Shown: positions 31,353 to 41,352 of the stretch, in pieces
Layout of the letters: the number at the start of each line of letters is the position of its first letter
Numbering within the stretch: the stretch's first letter is position 1
Program-made: the position numbers and the translations under genes
Origin: Desulfatiglandales bacterium
GTDB lineage: Bacteria > Desulfobacterota > DSM-4660 > Desulfatiglandales > Desulfatiglandaceae
Assembly (NCBI GenBank): GCA_963666345.1
Contig: OY762721.1
Coordinates: 3,712,001 to 3,776,000, forward strand
Reading direction: 5' to 3'
Length of the DNA: 64,000 bases
Notes under the pieces: model-generated
Told to the model about the DNA's origin: nothing
The model's input: the letters and a program-made list of their open reading frames with translations, nothing else
Databases searched by the model: none

Positions 31353-32980
31353 AAAGATATTTAATGCAGGCCATATTGATTTTTTTGCTGATCTATATGC
31401 TGCCTCTCGGATTTCGCCCTCTCATAGCACCTGATGAGGTTCGTTATGCCGAGATTCCCAGGGAGATGCTCGACACGGGAGACTGGGTGGTTCCGAGATT
31501 GAACGGCGTCGACTATTTTGAAAAACCGGTATTCGGATATTGGATTAATGCCGTTTCCATCTCCCTTCTGGGTGAGAACGCCTTTGCAGTTCGTCTTCCT
31601 TCCGCCGTTGCCGCGGCGCTTGCGGCGCTGGCGCTTTTTTTGTTTATGAAGAGGTTTTGCCTTGATCGCCTTGCTTCGGCATTCACCGCGCTGATTTTTC
31701 TCACTTTCATGGAGGTGAATCTTGTAGCAACGATCAACGTACTTGACAGCGCTTTTTCTCTATTTATGACAGGCGCGCTCGTATTATTTTTTTCCGGGCA
31801 CATGGAAGGGAACGTAAGAAAGAGGAACGCTTTTCTGGCATTGGCCGGAGTCATGTGCGGGCTTGGCTTTCTTACAAAAGGATTCATAGCCTTTGCTATT
31901 CCCCTGTGCGTGGTAGTGCCCTTTATCATATGGGAGGGCCGTTTTAAGAAATCTTGCGTTTTTCTGGCTGTTCCGGCGGCGTTTGCGTGCATTATCGCGC
32001 TGCCATGGTCTGTAATGGTGCATTTGAGGGCCCCCGATTTCTGGAATTATTTTTTCTGGACCGAACACATACATCGTTTTTTTTCCTCCGGCGCACAGCA
32101 TGCGTCCCCTTTCTGGTATTTCATACCGGTAATCCTGGCAGGGGCCCTGCCATGGATCTTTCTGCTGCCGTCCGCCCTTGCAGGAGTGAAGAAAAGGGGA
32201 ACCGATCCGATTATGCGTTTTGCCCTTTGCTGGCTTCTGCTTCCATTTATTTTTTTCTCGGCTTCAAGCGGAAAACTCGGCACCTATATATTGCCCTGTT
32301 ATCCGCCCCTTGCCATTGTTATGGCAATGGGATTGATTTCATACCTTGAAGATCCCGGAGGAAAACTCTTCAGGGGCTCTATCGCAATTTTCATCCTCAT
32401 GCTCGGTATTGCAGCGGCAGGCCTTGGAGTAATGGAGATGCCGGGCCTGTTTGACCGGCCCCCATATAACGAGGCTGAAACATGGAAGTGGATTTTATTG
32501 ATTATGGGGTTGTTTTTGTGGATTACATTCCTTCTTCTGGTCCTAAAGACCTCGAAAACTGGAAAAAAAATCGTCCTGTTCAGTGCGGCCCCTCTGATTT
32601 TTATGGCAATCGCACAAGTGAGCCTGCCCGGTAGCTACGAAGAAAAAAAGGCCCCCGGCAGATTCCTTCTTGAGCACGCAGACAGGATAGGCCCTGATAC
32701 CCTTATTGTGACCAATGATATTGAAAGGGCCGTGTGCTGGTATTACAAACGAAATGATGTCTACGTGCTAGGAGGGGCGGGGGAGCTGACCTATGGCATG
32801 AAAAAATCAGGATCAAGGCTTCTGGATATGGAGGGCCTGGCGGATCTTATCTCCGAGTCCGGACCGAAAAGGCATGTGGCCCTTATTATCAAAAGCGACC
32901 TGTACAAGATATGCAGGCAAAAGCTCCCGAAACCTATGTTTGAAGATATTCAAGCGCGTTTTGCATTTGCACAGTTCTGA
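31349..32980 (+). CDS. arnT: Lipid A 4-amino-4-deoxy-L-arabinose transferase
   Basis: PDEVRYAEIPREM, YFEKPVFGYW, GFLTKGF, EHIHRF, HASPFWYF, GKLGTYILPC. Confidence 0.9.
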   Translation: MKRYLMQAILIFLLIYMLPLGFRPLIAPDEVRYAEIPREMLDTGDWVVPRLNGVDYFEKPVFGYWINAVSISLLGENAFAVRLPSAVAAALAALALFLFMKRFCLDRLASAFTALIFLTFMEVNLVATINVLDSAFSLFMTGALVLFFSGHMEGNVRKRNAFLALAGVMCGLGFLTKGFIAFAIPLCVVVPFIIWEGRFKKSCVFLAVPAAFACIIALPWSVMVHLRAPDFWNYFFWTEHIHRFFSSGAQHASPFWYFIPVILAGALPWIFLLPSALAGVKKRGTDPIMRFALCWLLLPFIFFSASSGKLGTYILPCYPPLAIVMAMGLISYLEDPGGKLFRGSIAIFILMLGIAAAGLGVMEMPGLFDRPPYNEAETWKWILLIMGLFLWITFLLLVLKTSKTGKKIVLFSAAPLIFMAIAQVSLPGSYEEKKAPGRFLLEHADRIGPDTLIVTNDIERAVCWYYKRNDVYVLGGAGELTYGMKKSGSRLLDMEGLADLISESGPKRHVALIIKSDLYKICRQKLPKPMFEDIQARFAFAQF

Positions 32981-33001
32981 TAACATATTTCCAGAGATTC
33001 T

Positions 33002-34042
33002 GTGATGAGCCTGTTTTCCGGAAAACTCAAGGTCCTTTTCGGTATCTGCCTGGGGGCCGCCTTTCTTTTAATTGCCTTTTACGGCCTGGACTGGGTGCAA
33101 TTAAGACATGCCTTCGGGCGTGTCCACTGGCGGATGTTTGTCGCTGCAGTGGCAGTGGTATTTTTGAGCCATCTGATTCGTGCCCTTCGCTGGAAATATC
33201 TTCTCAATGCCGTTAAGCCCATTCCTCTGAATCAACTGTTCTCAGCCCTTCTTATAGGTTATTTCGTCAACGGCCTTCTGCCCGCGCATCTGGGGGAAAT
33301 AGCCAGGGCGGGGGTTGCGGCAGGAAAGGGGGGCGTCAGGACCTCCACGGTGCTTGGAACGATCCTGCTTGAACGAATTATCGACGCTCTCTCACTCTTC
33401 GGTCTGATCGTGACGGCCATGCTGCTCAGTCCTTTACCCGACTGGGTCGAGAAAAGCGGTTATGTCATATTCATTAGCGGGATCTGCATGCTGGTCAGTC
33501 TCGTAGTAATAAAGTCCTTTCCTTTGCTCCGCGGAAAAATTTTGGCGTTGCTTCTCAAACCTCTTCCCGGTTCTTTTTCAGCCCGGACAGAACATGCGAT
33601 ATCAGGTTTTTGCCTTGGTATCCGCAACCTGAAGAGGAGAAGAGACTGGCTTATTGTACTGCTCCAGACTTGCCTCATATGGATCTGTTATTGGGCGGTG
33701 ATGCTTATCGGCTTCCATACGCTTGAAATGGACCGCCTTTTCACCCTGGGCGGAGTGGCCGCCTTGGTTTGCCTGGTAACTTCCACTATAGGCGTGGCAG
33801 TGCCGTCAAGCCCCGGATATGTGGGCACCTACCATCTGCTGTGTCAGATTTCGCTTATTTATTTCGGAGTTCCAAGGGAGGAAGGTCTGGCCTACGGCAT
33901 TGTGGTTCACGCGATAAATTTCTTGCCAGTAACGGCAGTCGGCTTTATGTTGACGCTTAAAGAAGGTCTGTGGCGATTCACCAAGAAGACCGGCTACGGC
34001 TCAAAATCGATGATCGTAGGGACGCAGTATAAAGATGATTAA
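33002..34042 (+). CDS. UPF0104 / lysylphosphatidylglycerol-synthase TM (flippase-like) membrane protein
   Basis: RALRWKYLL, LPAHLGEIAR, LERIID, PSSPGYVGTYH. Confidence 0.85.
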   Translation: MMSLFSGKLKVLFGICLGAAFLLIAFYGLDWVQLRHAFGRVHWRMFVAAVAVVFLSHLIRALRWKYLLNAVKPIPLNQLFSALLIGYFVNGLLPAHLGEIARAGVAAGKGGVRTSTVLGTILLERIIDALSLFGLIVTAMLLSPLPDWVEKSGYVIFISGICMLVSLVVIKSFPLLRGKILALLLKPLPGSFSARTEHAISGFCLGIRNLKRRRDWLIVLLQTCLIWICYWAVMLIGFHTLEMDRLFTLGGVAALVCLVTSTIGVAVPSSPGYVGTYHLLCQISLIYFGVPREEGLAYGIVVHAINFLPVTAVGFMLTLKEGLWRFTKKTGYGSKSMIVGTQYKDD

Positions 34043-34048
34043 AGGACG

Positions 34049-35497
34049 TTACTTTCGCCAGTATTCAGGGGTCATAAGGACTATTACCGTGTAGATCTCG
34101 AGCCTGCCTAAAAGCATGCAGAACAGGAGCACCCACTTGCCGATAAAGGGTATGGACTGGTAGTTTTTGACAGGGCCCACGATTCCAAGGCCGGGGCCTA
34201 TGTTTCCGATTGAGGCTGCAACCGAGGATATGGCCGAGACAAGGTCGAGACCCAGCGCCGCCATTATAATGGCGGCGGCAATGAACAGCCCCATATAGAG
34301 TATGAAAAATCCCCAGATACTGCTCATGACGTCCTGCGGGACCGCCTTTCCACCCAGTTTTACCGGTGTCACCGCGTGCGGGTGAACGATCCTGAATATC
34401 TCCCTGAACCCATGTTTCAGGAGCAGCATAACGCGCATAGTCTTTATGCCCCCTCCGGTGGATCCTGCCATGGCCCCGAGGAACATGCACATGAGAAGAA
34501 TGAATTTGGAAAAAGAGGGCCAGACATCATAGTCGGCCGTCACAAAACCGGTGGTGGTTATTATGGAACTGACCTGAAAAGCGGCATATCGAAAGGCCTT
34601 TCCCAGGGAATCATAGACCGGTCCGTAGATGTCGAAGGTGATGACAAGGACAAACAGGGCTACTATAACAAAGAAGACCTTTAATTCCGCGTCCCTGCCG
34701 AATTTCCTGAAATCTCCCTTAAGAAGCCTGTAATGGAGTGAAAAATTGATTCCCGCGGCAAGCATGAAAAGGATTACCACCCAATCATAGTATTGATTGT
34801 TGAACTGGGCCATGCTGGCGTTTTTTGTAGAGAAACCGCCGGTAGGCAGCGTGCAGAAGCTGTGGCATATGGAATCAAAGACGCTCATCCCCCCGAATTT
34901 CAGCAGCAGTATCTCAAGGACCGTGATTAAGACGTAGACCTTCCAGAGGCTTTTGGCGGTCTCGGATATCCTCGGTTTGAGCTTGTCGACAACAGGGCTG
35001 GGGATCTCCGCCTTGTAAAGCTGCATGCCGCCCACTCCCAGGTATGGGAGGATCGCTATGGACAGTACGATTATACCCATGCCACCAAGCCACTGGGTCT
35101 GGCTTCGCCAGAACAGGATACCTTCAGGAAGCCTTTCTATGTCGTTTAATATGGAGGCCCCTGTGGTGGTAAAGCCTGATACCGATTCAAAATAGGCATT
35201 GGTGAAATCAGGAATCGAGCCGGATAACAGGTAGGGGAGGGTGCCGAACAGGGCAGCCATGACCCAGCCCAGGGTCACGATAGCCACACCGTCTCGGTGA
35301 TTCATCTGGGTGCTGTTTTTTCCCCATGAGCAGATAAAGAGCATAAGGCCGAAAAGGGTCGTTACGGTCAATGACCATAGAACGGGAAAGGTGCTTCCAT
35401 CCCTGTAGATTACGCTGACCAGCAGTGGGGCCGCCATGGAGATGCCGAGAAATATGAGCAGGATTGCTGTAAATCGGGCAATAACCTTGTAGTGCAT
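34049..35497 (-). CDS. trkH: Trk potassium uptake membrane subunit
   Basis: FESVSGFTTTGAS, QWLGGMGII, AGSTGGGIK, GNIGPG, MLLGRLEI. Confidence 0.95.
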   Translation of the reverse strand: MHYKVIARFTAILLIFLGISMAAPLLVSVIYRDGSTFPVLWSLTVTTLFGLMLFICSWGKNSTQMNHRDGVAIVTLGWVMAALFGTLPYLLSGSIPDFTNAYFESVSGFTTTGASILNDIERLPEGILFWRSQTQWLGGMGIIVLSIAILPYLGVGGMQLYKAEIPSPVVDKLKPRISETAKSLWKVYVLITVLEILLLKFGGMSVFDSICHSFCTLPTGGFSTKNASMAQFNNQYYDWVVILFMLAAGINFSLHYRLLKGDFRKFGRDAELKVFFVIVALFVLVITFDIYGPVYDSLGKAFRYAAFQVSSIITTTGFVTADYDVWPSFSKFILLMCMFLGAMAGSTGGGIKTMRVMLLLKHGFREIFRIVHPHAVTPVKLGGKAVPQDVMSSIWGFFILYMGLFIAAAIIMAALGLDLVSAISSVAASIGNIGPGLGIVGPVKNYQSIPFIGKWVLLFCMLLGRLEIYTVIVLMTPEYWRK

Positions 35498-36855
35498 TAA
35501 AAATACTCCAGCTTTACCGTGAGCAGCTTCTCCAGCCTCGGCAGCACCTTTCTGGCGGCAAATATTATAAGCCTGTCATTCGGCCTTACTATACTGTCGC
35601 CCTTCGGGATGATTATTTCATCCCCCCGGACGATCGCCCCGAGGATCGCACCTTTGGGAAATTTTACCTTGTGGAGCGGTATATTTACAATGTCTGACGT
35701 CTCAAGGGCTTCGGCCTCTATAGCCTCTGCGTACTCTCCTTTCAGAGGCGCCACCGAGATGACCTTTCCCTTTCTTATATACTGAAGGATGGCCCTTATG
35801 GCGGAGAGCCTGGGACTCAGAACGGTGTCTATGCCGATAGTTGAGAGAAACGGGATATAGCTGAGTTTGCTTACGCGGGTTATGGTCCTTTTTACCCCCA
35901 GCCCCTTTCCGAGAAGTGAGATCAGGATGTTGCTTTCCTCGTCTCCCGTCACGACGACAAGAAAATCCGTCCCCTGGATGTTTTCCTCCTGGAGCAGTTC
36001 CTTGTCGGTTCCGTCTCCCTCAATCACAACCACCCGTTCCAGTGTCTCGGCAAGCTTTGAGCAGTTGTCGGTGTCCTTATCGATTATTTTCGCATTTATC
36101 CTGGTCTTGTCCAGGGCTGCGGCGAGTGCCGAGCCGGTCTGTCCCGCGCCGATTATTATGACCCTTCTCAGTGTCTCTTCATGCGGGCAGAAGATCTTTG
36201 TCACCTGGTCAAGCCCGTCACTTCTTACCACCACATAGACCAGATCGTCGGTCTGAATCGTGTCCTCACCGCTGGGGATTATTACCTGGCCTTCCCTGAC
36301 GATAGCCCCTATGAGAGGCTTCTCCTCAAGTTCTTTCAGGGAGAGGAGGTCACTTCCGGCAAAAGGGGAGTCCTTGCAGATATTAAACCCTATGAGTTTT
36401 ACCCTGCCGTCGGCGAAATTTATAACCTCGCTTGCCCCAGGCACCTCCATGAGATCCAATACCAGATCGACCATTTCCGACTGGGGATTTATGATGTGGT
36501 CAACGCCAAGGAGTTCCTTGTCAAAGAGGTCTTTTTCCGCCAGGTATTCCCAGTTTCTTATACGCGCGACCTTGATCATGTAATGGTTGAGATGGCGGGC
36601 CAGCAGGCAGGCGATAAGATTCACCTCGTCGCTGTCTGTGGCGGCAACCAGCATGTCCGCCTCTTTTATGCCTGAGTCCTTTAAAACATTGGGACTGGTG
36701 CCCGATCCCAGAAATGCCTGCACATCCAGGTGATCATTGATGCGCCTTATCTTTTGAGGATCCTTGTCGATAAGGACGACATCCTGATTTTCCTCGGATA
36801 ACCTTTGAGCGATGTGAAAACCGACCTCACCGGCGCCGACTATTATTATTTTCAC
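35497..36855 (-). CDS. trkA: Trk potassium uptake NAD-binding subunit
   Basis: MKIIIVGAGEVG, ATDSDEVNLIAC, two RCK units. Confidence 0.95.
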   Translation of the reverse strand: MKIIIVGAGEVGFHIAQRLSEENQDVVLIDKDPQKIRRINDHLDVQAFLGSGTSPNVLKDSGIKEADMLVAATDSDEVNLIACLLARHLNHYMIKVARIRNWEYLAEKDLFDKELLGVDHIINPQSEMVDLVLDLMEVPGASEVINFADGRVKLIGFNICKDSPFAGSDLLSLKELEEKPLIGAIVREGQVIIPSGEDTIQTDDLVYVVVRSDGLDQVTKIFCPHEETLRRVIIIGAGQTGSALAAALDKTRINAKIIDKDTDNCSKLAETLERVVVIEGDGTDKELLQEENIQGTDFLVVVTGDEESNILISLLGKGLGVKRTITRVSKLSYIPFLSTIGIDTVLSPRLSAIRAILQYIRKGKVISVAPLKGEYAEAIEAEALETSDIVNIPLHKVKFPKGAILGAIVRGDEIIIPKGDSIVRPNDRLIIFAARKVLPRLEKLLTVKLEYF

Positions 36856-37198
36856 GGGCCTTCTCCTTAAAATGAGCTTTTCGGTTGGAATATTTAATGG
36901 AGGTAGAGAAAAAAGTCAATGTTTATGCTTTCCATGGGGACGATGAGACGGATGCGAAACCGTTTTCAAATAGATATTTCAAGATGGGGGTATCATGGGC
37001 TTTGGCCCAAATACAGCGTCTATTTAGATATCTGAATGAAAATCAGTGGATTTGGGATAATTGCCTGTATATCAAGCGCCCTAGTTACCTGTGGACAATG
37101 CATCCCCACGATGCTATAAAATCACGTTTAAACATCTTAGTTACAACTGCAGGTGCTTCAATAAAATATCCGGATATAAAAGGAAAAACCGACGATAT

Positions 37199-38221
37199 AT
37201 GGCAGATACAATAAATGAACAAGATGAGAAGACCCTATTCAAAGAATATGTGGACCGATTTCCTGAAGCAGGCGTCCTTGTCGTAGGCGATATCATAGTG
37301 GACGAATATGTGTGGGGAGACGTATCAAGGATTTCTCCTGAGGCGCCCGTTCCCGTCGTGGATGTCCGCCGTGAGACAAGGATGTGCGGAGGCGCGGCAA
37401 ACGTCATCTACAATCTGGCAAGTATGGGGGCAAGTCCTGTCCTGTGCGGGGTTGTGGGAGAAGACGCGGACGGTAATTATCTCCTTAACAAGATAAGGGA
37501 ACTGGGCCTTACCACAAAGGGGATAATATGCGAAAAAGGAAGGCCCACGAGCATAAAGACAAGGATCGTGGCGCATAATCAGCAGGTGGTCAGGTTTGAC
37601 AGGGAAAGCAGAAACAGGATAGCCCCTGAAACCACCGAAGGCATCCTTTCGGTCATCAGGGACCGGCTTGATCATATTGATGCGATAATAGTGTCCGACT
37701 ATGGCAAAGGGGTTATTTCAACCCCGCTGATGAGAGGGCTGAGAGAACTTATGAAAGAGGCATCTGATCTGCCTGTCATAATAACGGTTGATCCCAAGAC
37801 CGGTAATTTCGAACATTATAAGGGTGTCGATGCCATTACCCCGAATCATCATGAAGCAGGGAAATACTGCGGTTTTGAGATCGTGGATCATGAAAGCCTC
37901 GTGCGGGCGGGCAATCAGATGCTTGAGGAACTGGAATGCCGCTCCGTGCTGATAACTCAGGGAAGTGAAGGTATGACGCTTTTTGAAAGAGGCATGGACC
38001 CTGTGCATATCCCCACCATGGCAAAAAAGGTGTTTGACGTGACCGGCGCGGGTGATACCGTGATAGGGACTCTTTCTCTGGGGCTTGCATCCGGGCTTGA
38101 TCTCAAGTCTTCGGCAATCCTTGCAAACCTTGCCGCCGGGATAGTGGTGGGAGAAGTGGGAACATCCGTTGTCAGGGCGGATCAGCTCAAAACGGCGGTA
38201 AACGGGACCAGGGTTCCATGA
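37199..38221 (+). CDS. rfaE1: D-glycero-D-manno-heptose-7-phosphate kinase (HldE/RfaE domain I)
   Basis: SRISPEAPVPVV, GGAANV, SDYGKG, DVTGAGDTVI, VVGEVGT; ATG 37199 preferred. Confidence 0.92.
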   Translation: MADTINEQDEKTLFKEYVDRFPEAGVLVVGDIIVDEYVWGDVSRISPEAPVPVVDVRRETRMCGGAANVIYNLASMGASPVLCGVVGEDADGNYLLNKIRELGLTTKGIICEKGRPTSIKTRIVAHNQQVVRFDRESRNRIAPETTEGILSVIRDRLDHIDAIIVSDYGKGVISTPLMRGLRELMKEASDLPVIITVDPKTGNFEHYKGVDAITPNHHEAGKYCGFEIVDHESLVRAGNQMLEELECRSVLITQGSEGMTLFERGMDPVHIPTMAKKVFDVTGAGDTVIGTLSLGLASGLDLKSSAILANLAAGIVVGEVGTSVVRADQLKTAVNGTRVP

Positions 38222-38255
38222 TCGAGTGCCAACCTGAAAAGAAGAGGAAGGATAC

Positions 38256-38825
38256 ATGAGCCGACCAGACGAACCGGTCCCCGTCAAGCTTGTATCGAGT
38301 ATTTTCGGACCTGAGGCATCATTGGTCGACAAGGTCTGCCGGCGGCTTTCAGAGGTCTTTTCGCCTGTGGAAAGCAAGAGCGAGATGCTCTTTTTTGACA
38401 GGACAAGGTACTATGAGAGGGAAATGGGGTGGCCGCTTTACAGGCGATTCGTTTCATTCCGTGACCTTGTCCCCCCTGAAAGGCTTGTCGATATAAAGCT
38501 TGAGACCAACAGCCTGGAAAAACGATACATGGAAAAGGGAAGCCGCGGCGTCAATATAGACCCGGGATATATATCGGCTGAAAGGCTTATCCTTGCCACA
38601 GGCAAAAACTATATCCACAGGGTCTATCTTTCAAAAGGGATTTTCGCGGATCTGACCCTGATCTTTCAAAAGGGCAGCTTTGTGCCTCTGAAATGGACCT
38701 ATCCTGATTATGCTGATAAGGAAATTATTGCGTTTTTTAACGATATCAGGGACAGGTACATGAATCAGGTTCGTGAACTGCGCATGGTAACCGACCTGGA
38801 TGAGGCGATCGGACCTGCCGGGTGA
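38256..38825 (+). CDS. DUF4416-family protein
   Basis: YYEREMG, NIDPGY, LILATGKNYIHRVYL.KGIFADLTL, WTYPDY. Confidence 0.85.
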   Translation: MSRPDEPVPVKLVSSIFGPEASLVDKVCRRLSEVFSPVESKSEMLFFDRTRYYEREMGWPLYRRFVSFRDLVPPERLVDIKLETNSLEKRYMEKGSRGVNIDPGYISAERLILATGKNYIHRVYLSKGIFADLTLIFQKGSFVPLKWTYPDYADKEIIAFFNDIRDRYMNQVRELRMVTDLDEAIGPAG

Positions 38826-38902
38826 ATGAGCGGCATTTTAGGTTGCAAGGCAATCTGTTGTTTGTTGATATGTGAGTTTACCCTGCTGATGGATAATATA
38901 AA

Positions 38903-38934
38903 GGATTCAAGGGTTGAAGGGGTCGAGGATCCAG
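38903..38934 (+). repeat. Degenerate 8-bp tandem array (GGATTCAA-like)
   Basis: GGATTCAA GGGTTGAA GGGGTCGA GGATCCAG. Confidence 0.6.
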
Positions 38935-38946
38935 GTGTTGGAGCCG

Positions 38947-39465
38947 TTTTCCTCTTTTCTCGCGTTTCATGTCTTTCTGGCCGATGCATAAGGCCTCCGG
39001 CACCGTCACTCTTTTTCCGGCCTTCTCTATCCCTTACGGAAAAGTGACCTCATCCCCTGGCTTTTGCGAGTGTCGCCTTAGCTGATAGGGCATCCGGGAA
39101 GAAAAGCCCGGTCTGCGGTCACTGGAAACGCCTGTGGTATTTTTTTGTGAGATAAGGCCGGAAAAAAAGCCCCGGCACCTGCGCTCGTTCGTAAGGCAAG
39201 CAGGAATATGGGAAGACGGTCAAAGGCCTTTTCCTCTTTTCTCGCGTTTCATGTCTTTCTGGCCGATGCATAAGGCCTCCGGCACCGTCACTCTTTTTCC
39301 GTCCTTCTCTATCTCTAACGGAAAAGTGACCTCAGCCCCGGGCTTTTGCGAGTGTCGCCTTAGCTGATAGGGCATCCGGGAAGAAAAGCCCGGTCTGCGG
39401 CCACTGGAAACGCCTGTGGTATTTTTTTGTGAGATAAGGCCGGAAAAAGAGCCTCTGCACCTGCG
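38947..39465. repeat. Tandem duplication of a ~282-bp structured non-coding unit (about 1.8 copies)
   Basis: TTTTCCTCTTTTCTCGCGTTTCATGTC... starts at 38947 and again at 39229; near-identical to about 39465. Confidence 0.92.
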
Positions 39466-39542
39466 TCTGTGCGCCGGCAAACAGGGGTATAAGAATCGGC
39501 AGGGGGTATAACAGACTGCCTGATGAAGGGAGATATGATAAT

Positions 39543-40424
39543 TTGATCAAAAGCATGACCGCCTACGGAAGGGCTGAGCTGAAACATGGAGACAATCTGT
39601 ATGTGGCCGAAATAAAAGGGGTAAACAACAGGTACTGTGATGTGGTATTGAGGATCCCGCGCAAGTTTCAACAGCTGGAAAAGGACCTGAAAGGCCTTAT
39701 TTCTTCCCGCATCAGAAGGGGCCGTATCGAAACGACCATTCAGACGGCAAACGGAAGCGGCGAGGCCCCATACAGCCTGGAGCTCAACCTGCCGCTCGCC
39801 GATGCCTATTTAAAGATATTCAGGCAGCTGGCCGATCATTTCGGGATCGATGAAAAGATCAATATTGACACACTGCTGCAGCTCAAGGACCTGCTTCTGT
39901 TCAAACCTGAAGAAGTGGATCTGGAAGAAGAAAGGCCCTGTCTCATGGAGGTCCTTGACAAGGCACTCGATTCATTCGAAGAGATGAGGGCACTGGAGGG
40001 TGCTGAAATAGAAAAGGATTTCATAAGAAGACTGGGGCTTGTTGAGCAGTATCTCGGGGAGATCCATAAACGGGCGCCTCAGGTCGTGGAGGAATACTCC
40101 ATAAGACTTAAGGAAAATATTAATAAAATGACTCAAGATATAGAAATAAATGAAGAAAAAATATATCAAGAAGTGGCTTTTTTTGCCGAGAGATCCGATA
40201 TAACCGAGGAGATCGTACGAATAAGAAGTCATCTCAAACAGTTCGGTTCTTTTCTCCAGGTAGATGACGCGATGGGAAGGAGGCTCGATTTTCTTCTCCA
40301 GGAGTTCAACAGGGAAGTCAATACGATCGGTTCAAAGGGCTCCGACGCCCTGATCTCCAAGTATGTGGTGGAGATGAAGGCGGAGCTGGAAAAAATCAGG
40401 GAACAGGTACAGAATGTGGAATGA
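39543..40424 (+). CDS. yicC: YicC/YloC-family endoribonuclease
   Basis: MIKSMTAYG, DITEEIVR, GRRLDFLLQEFNREVNTIGSK, EKIREQVQNVE. Confidence 0.93.
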   Translation: MIKSMTAYGRAELKHGDNLYVAEIKGVNNRYCDVVLRIPRKFQQLEKDLKGLISSRIRRGRIETTIQTANGSGEAPYSLELNLPLADAYLKIFRQLADHFGIDEKINIDTLLQLKDLLLFKPEEVDLEEERPCLMEVLDKALDSFEEMRALEGAEIEKDFIRRLGLVEQYLGEIHKRAPQVVEEYSIRLKENINKMTQDIEINEEKIYQEVAFFAERSDITEEIVRIRSHLKQFGSFLQVDDAMGRRLDFLLQEFNREVNTIGSKGSDALISKYVVEMKAELEKIREQVQNVE

Positions 40425-40437
40425 AAGGAGATATTAA

Positions 40438-40710
40438 ATGAGTCCAAGTCTTGTAAGCATCGGCTTCGGCAACTCGATCGTGTCCAAGCGTGTCATAGCC
40501 ATTATTTCACCAAATGCAGCTCCCATAAGGAGACTCCGGGACGAGGCCAGGGAAGAAAAGCGGCTGATAGACGCAACTCAGGGAAGGCGCACCCGGTCCG
40601 TCATAATAACCGACAGCAATCATGTCATACTTTCAGCCATTCAATCCGAGACCATTGCCCAGAGGTTCAGTCCTAACTGCACTATTACAAAGGAAGATCT
40701 GGAACTGTAG
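40438..40710 (+). CDS. remA: DUF370 / RemA-family protein
   Basis: [34 protein letters not shown]. Confidence 0.9.
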   Translation: MSPSLVSIGFGNSIVSKRVIAIISPNAAPIRRLRDEAREEKRLIDATQGRRTRSVIITDSNHVILSAIQSETIAQRFSPNCTITKEDLEL

Positions 40711-40712
40711 AT

Positions 40713-41321
40713 ATGAAAGGCAGGCTTTTTGTGATTTCGGCTCCTTCCGGAGCCGGAAAATCAACGGTAATAGGGGCCTTAAGAAAGCGGGCCTTAAATC
40801 TGGGCTATTCGGTATCCCATACAAGCAGGAGGCCGAGGGGGTCGGAGTCTGAAGGGAAGGAGTACCATTTCGTGGATCGGGAGACCTTTGAGCGGATGGC
40901 CTCTCAAGGTGAATTCGTGGAATGGGCAAGGGTCTATGACGATCTGTACGGCACTTCCTTTTCAGCCCTTGACGAACAGATGGAAAGCGGGGTTGATATG
41001 CTGCTGGATATCGATCCTCAGGGGGCGAAAAACATAAAGAGTAATTACGTGGATAGTGTCCTCATATTCCTTCTGCCTCCATCCCTTGAAATCCTGGAAA
41101 GGCGTCTCAAAGGAAGGGGTACGGATGCGGAAGAGGTAATCGAGAGAAGAATGAAAAAGGCCTCGGATTCCATAAGGGATTGTCTCTGGTACGATTATCT
41201 CGTCATCAATGATGAGCTTGAAAAGGCGGTAAAGGAAATCAGCTCCATCATAATCTCCGAAAGATGCAGATCCGGCCATAGACGCGACAAAATAAAAAGG
41301 CTTTTTCCTCTCCTGTTTTAA
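40713..41321 (+). CDS. gmk: Guanylate kinase
   Basis: SAPSGAGKST, SVSHTSRRPRGSE.EGKEYHF, YGTS. Confidence 0.95.
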   Translation: MKGRLFVISAPSGAGKSTVIGALRKRALNLGYSVSHTSRRPRGSESEGKEYHFVDRETFERMASQGEFVEWARVYDDLYGTSFSALDEQMESGVDMLLDIDPQGAKNIKSNYVDSVLIFLLPPSLEILERRLKGRGTDAEEVIERRMKKASDSIRDCLWYDYLVINDELEKAVKEISSIIISERCRSGHRRDKIKRLFPLLF

Positions 41322-41352
41322 CCTGAAAACATCCTTTCCGGGAGGTCTTAAA

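Noticed and set aside
36885..37214. 109-aa ORF between trkA and rfaE1
   Set aside because: AT-rich divergent promoter region, TTG start without SD, no recognisable motif
38826..39671. Several short ORFs over the 282-bp tandem repeat, and the idea of a CRISPR array
   Set aside because: ORFs are not preserved between copies; the unit is far too long and has no unique spacers; no cas genes
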